Source of the DNA: Escherichia phage 235Ecol030PP
DNA length: 64,000 nucleotides
Sequence record: PP355091.1
Strand: one strand, 5' to 3'
Of this stretch, positions 59,736-64,000 are shown piece after piece; position 1 is the first letter of the stretch, and every line of letters starts with the position of its first letter. A program made the translations under genes and the position numbers. The notes beneath the pieces were generated by a model. That model worked only from the letters and a program-made list of their open reading frames with translations. It searched no databases and was not told the DNA's origin.

Positions 59736-61193
59736 ATGATTGAATTAAAAGAGTTACCTTTTGTTGATAGCGTTCCTGACGAAGGTCAGGAACGTATTTC
59801 ATGGATTAAAAATGGTGAAGAAATATTAGGAGCTAGTACTAAGTATGGAAATGATGGATCAATGAATAGACCAATTGTTTCCGTGTTTAAAAACGTCGAA
59901 GTTCTTGATGAAAATGTGGGAATTCTTAAAACTGCCATTGAAACATCACAGAAAGATATTAAAACAATTCAAGGAGTTTTAGATGTATCAGGAGATATAG
60001 AAGCACTATCGCAGATCAGTGTTAATAAAAATGACATATCGAATTTAAAGACACTTACCAGTGAACACACTGATATATTAACTGGAACTAATAATACAGT
60101 TGACAAAATTATTGCTGATATAGGTCCATTTAATGATGAAGAAAACTCTGTTTATAGAACAATTAGAAATGATTTATTGTGGATTAAACAGGAATTAGGA
60201 CAATATTCTGGCCAAGACATTAACGGTCTTCCTGTTGTTGGTAATGCTAGCACAGGAATGAAACACAGAATAATAACAAATAGTACATTATTATCTTCAC
60301 AGGGCATTCGTTTAAGCGAATTAGAAAATAAATTTACTGAATCTGACGTAGGATCATTAACTGTTGAAGTTGGTAAATTACGTGATGAACTTGGTAATAA
60401 ACCAGTAGATTTTGGGCCAAATATTTATAATAGATTAAACACCATAGATGATAAACAAACTTTAATAATTTCTGATATAGCAGAAATTAAATCTTCTATT
60501 GGATACCCAGAAAATGTTTCTATAATAACAGAAATTAATAATAACAAAAGTAGCATTGAAGCTATTAATAATGAATTAAATCAGAGTGAAGGTGTTAAAC
60601 AGCGCTTAACGGCTATTGAAACTTCTATAGGTTCAGATGATATTCCTTCTAGTATTAAAGGAAAAATTAAAAATCACACAACTTCTATTGAGTCTTTAAA
60701 CGGAATTGTTGGTGAAAACACTTCGTCTGGTTTAAGAGCGAATGTTTCGTGGTTAAATCAAATTGTTGGAACTGACTCCAGCGGAGGACAACCGTCTCCT
60801 TCTGGATCTCTATTAAATAAAGTTTCAGTGCTTGAAGGAGAAGTTTCAGTTTTAAACAATAATGTTCAAAATATACAAGTTGAAATAGGAAATAATAGAA
60901 CAGGAATTAAAGGTCAAGTTATTGAACTTACTTCACTTATAAATGGAAATAATCCTGACGGATCAACTGTTGAAGAACGAGGATTAACTAATTCTATAAA
61001 AACGAATGAAACCAACATTGCGGCAGTCACACATGAAGTAAATACAGCTAAAGACAATATATCCTCTTTACAGAGCAGCGTTCAAGCTCTACAAGAAGCA
61101 GGTTATATTCCTGAAGCTCCAAAAGATGGCCAAGCTTACGTTCGTAAAGACGGCGAATGGGTACTACTTTCTACCTTTTTATCACCAGCATAA
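59736..61193 (+). CDS. wac: Fibritin (whisker) with C-terminal foldon
   Basis: 485 aa; C-terminal [27 protein letters not shown] is the foldon trimerisation motif. Confidence 0.95.
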   Translation: MIELKELPFVDSVPDEGQERISWIKNGEEILGASTKYGNDGSMNRPIVSVFKNVEVLDENVGILKTAIETSQKDIKTIQGVLDVSGDIEALSQISVNKNDISNLKTLTSEHTDILTGTNNTVDKIIADIGPFNDEENSVYRTIRNDLLWIKQELGQYSGQDINGLPVVGNASTGMKHRIITNSTLLSSQGIRLSELENKFTESDVGSLTVEVGKLRDELGNKPVDFGPNIYNRLNTIDDKQTLIISDIAEIKSSIGYPENVSIITEINNNKSSIEAINNELNQSEGVKQRLTAIETSIGSDDIPSSIKGKIKNHTTSIESLNGIVGENTSSGLRANVSWLNQIVGTDSSGGQPSPSGSLLNKVSVLEGEVSVLNNNVQNIQVEIGNNRTGIKGQVIELTSLINGNNPDGSTVEERGLTNSIKTNETNIAAVTHEVNTAKDNISSLQSSVQALQEAGYIPEAPKDGQAYVRKDGEWVLLSTFLSPA

Positions 61194-61196
61194 CAT

Positions 61197-61212
61197 GGGG
61201 CCGCAAGGCCCC
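61197..61212 (+). other. Stable GNRA-tetraloop hairpin (GGGGCC-GCAA-GGCCCC) after wac; RNA-stabilising element or weak terminator
   Basis: Perfect 6-bp GC stem; no U-tract directly following. Confidence 0.5.
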
Positions 61213-61224
61213 AAAGGATTTTAA

Positions 61225-62926
<1,702 letters not shown>

Positions 62927-62967
62927 TAAATATTATAAACTAATTAAAGCCCAGATTAGGAGAAATC

Positions 62968-64000
<1,033 letters not shown>

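Overview
This window reads as a contiguous segment of a T4-like (Tevenvirinae) phage genome, colinear with T4 from gene 46 to the start of gene 16. All calls rest on reading the ORF translations and motifs against recalled T4 biology; no database search was run. Coordinates 1-45530 are a dense minus-strand block of early/middle genes: 46, 47, a-gt, 55, nrdH, nrdG, nrdD (split by a group I intron carrying I-TevII), 49, nrdC, rI, tk, regB, internal-protein genes, e, nudE, an 8-tRNA cluster with segB, ipI, 57B, 57A, 1, 3, 2, 4. Coordinates 45578-64000 are a plus-strand late block: 53, 5, 5.1, 5.4, 6-12, wac, 13, 14, 15 and the 5' end of 16. It is not T4 itself: the lysozyme differs at several residues and its C-terminus, denV is internally deleted, and the internal-protein region is rearranged. 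I found no CRISPR array, integrase or transposase, and no single clear novel system. The most interesting candidates are a TARG1/DarG-like macrodomain protein, an HNH homing endonuclease whose 5' end copies the nrdG start, the denV deletion, two frameshifted genes, a 49-bp direct repeat beside gene 49, and uncharacterised protein blocks between nrdC and rI.
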